DNA of 64,000 nt from Octopus vulgaris. Its lineage: Eukaryota. Position 1 is the stretch's first letter. Every line of letters starts with the position of its first letter. Under the pieces are notes generated by a model. It was not told the origin of the DNA, ran no database searches, and was given only the letters and a program-made list of their open reading frames with translations. The DNA lies in contig OX597834.1 in NCBI GenBank assembly GCA_951406725.2, forward strand, positions 25,544,001 to 25,608,000, read 5' to 3'. The translations under genes and the position numbers were made by a program. Positions 62,869-64,000 of this stretch are shown here, piece by piece.

Positions 62869-63274
62869 CTGTAGCCATAAATGGAACAAAGCAGGGTGTG
62901 TGTGTGTGTGTATGTATACATATATATATATATATATATTGAATTGGTAGCTTTATATGTAGAGACACACATTACGATAAAGAAAACAATCCTTAATAAT
63001 CAAGAATGATATACATCATAGCTTTTTCACAAACAAGGACCACACATCATACATACATCAATGGAACTGATTCACATATCAACAAATTGCACTTTATTCT
63101 TTCACACACACACATTATATATATATATCCTACCAATAAAACACATCTTACATATCTCATACACTCCGTGGCTGTATCTCTATACATACATTTTATATAT
63201 TATACGCAGGCAAAAATAATGTGAAAGGAACCAACATGTCTGTCATTGCCACACACACACACACGTCTCTCATG

Positions 63275-63331
<57 letters not shown>

Positions 63332-63607
63332 TATATAGACAGAGAGAGAGGTGACAAAAAGTATGTATGTAGTGAGCAGAAACTAACATGTCTGTCTGTC
63401 TGTCCCTGCCACCAACGGTTGCTAAAGACAGATCTGATGGCCAGGGACATTCATAGAGATGACGACGCCGACCGTAGACAACCAACCAACACATATTATT
63501 TCGTCTCGAGTGTGGACGGATGGATGGATGGATGTGTGTGTGTATGGACATTCACACTTACTAACGATAACTGTATATATATCTACCCAAAATACATACA
63601 CAGAAAT

Positions 63608-63639
<32 letters not shown>

Positions 63640-64000
63640 TATATAGGCGATCTTATAATGTTAGAGCAATGATACTGTGGGCCTTGCTTGCCCTGGATGG
63701 AGAATTCGGGGTTTAGGTTCAAATTCATTTGAGCTCTACTACATGTTTTTTATTTTTACACTGAGCTTATCTAGGTCTTACCTACTGTACATTTCTAATA
63801 TATATATATATATATATCCACGATATATGAAGTTAACTATATAACACGTGTGTAATATTGTAATATATTACGACGCGCGCATATATATATACACATATAT
63901 ATATACACATATATACATATATATATATATACACATATATACACACATATATACACATATATATACACACATATATATACACATATATATACACATATAT

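Overview
This is AT-rich, microsatellite-dense animal genomic DNA. The SINE families and (TA)n/(CA)n density suggest octopus or another coleoid cephalopod (inference). Most of the window is repeats: at least four SINE-like families (several with clear target-site duplications), decayed RTE and CR1 LINE pieces, three dead Tc1/mariner transposons, piggyBac-, hAT- and pogo-type MITEs, Helitron/HINE-like elements, and Penelope-like remnants carrying decayed hammerhead-ribozyme folds. Positions 1-3584 are a near-identical copy of 9550-13129 that ends at a 100-N gap, probably an assembly artefact. Almost all six-frame ORFs are repeat or microsatellite noise. Reading splice signals by eye gives a candidate minus-strand gene made of very short exons. 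It has two alternative start exons (MKLD or MELTILS), a shared 55-nt exon and a terminal exon, together giving a 45-48 aa peptide ending GEAIVDSQDSNCVQFVTVGLGEMPDTTLVNNLTAQFLRSCF. Several other phase-compatible terminal exons are possible. I do not recognise the protein, and the model needs RNA evidence. Repeat boundaries are approximate unless a TSD is quoted.
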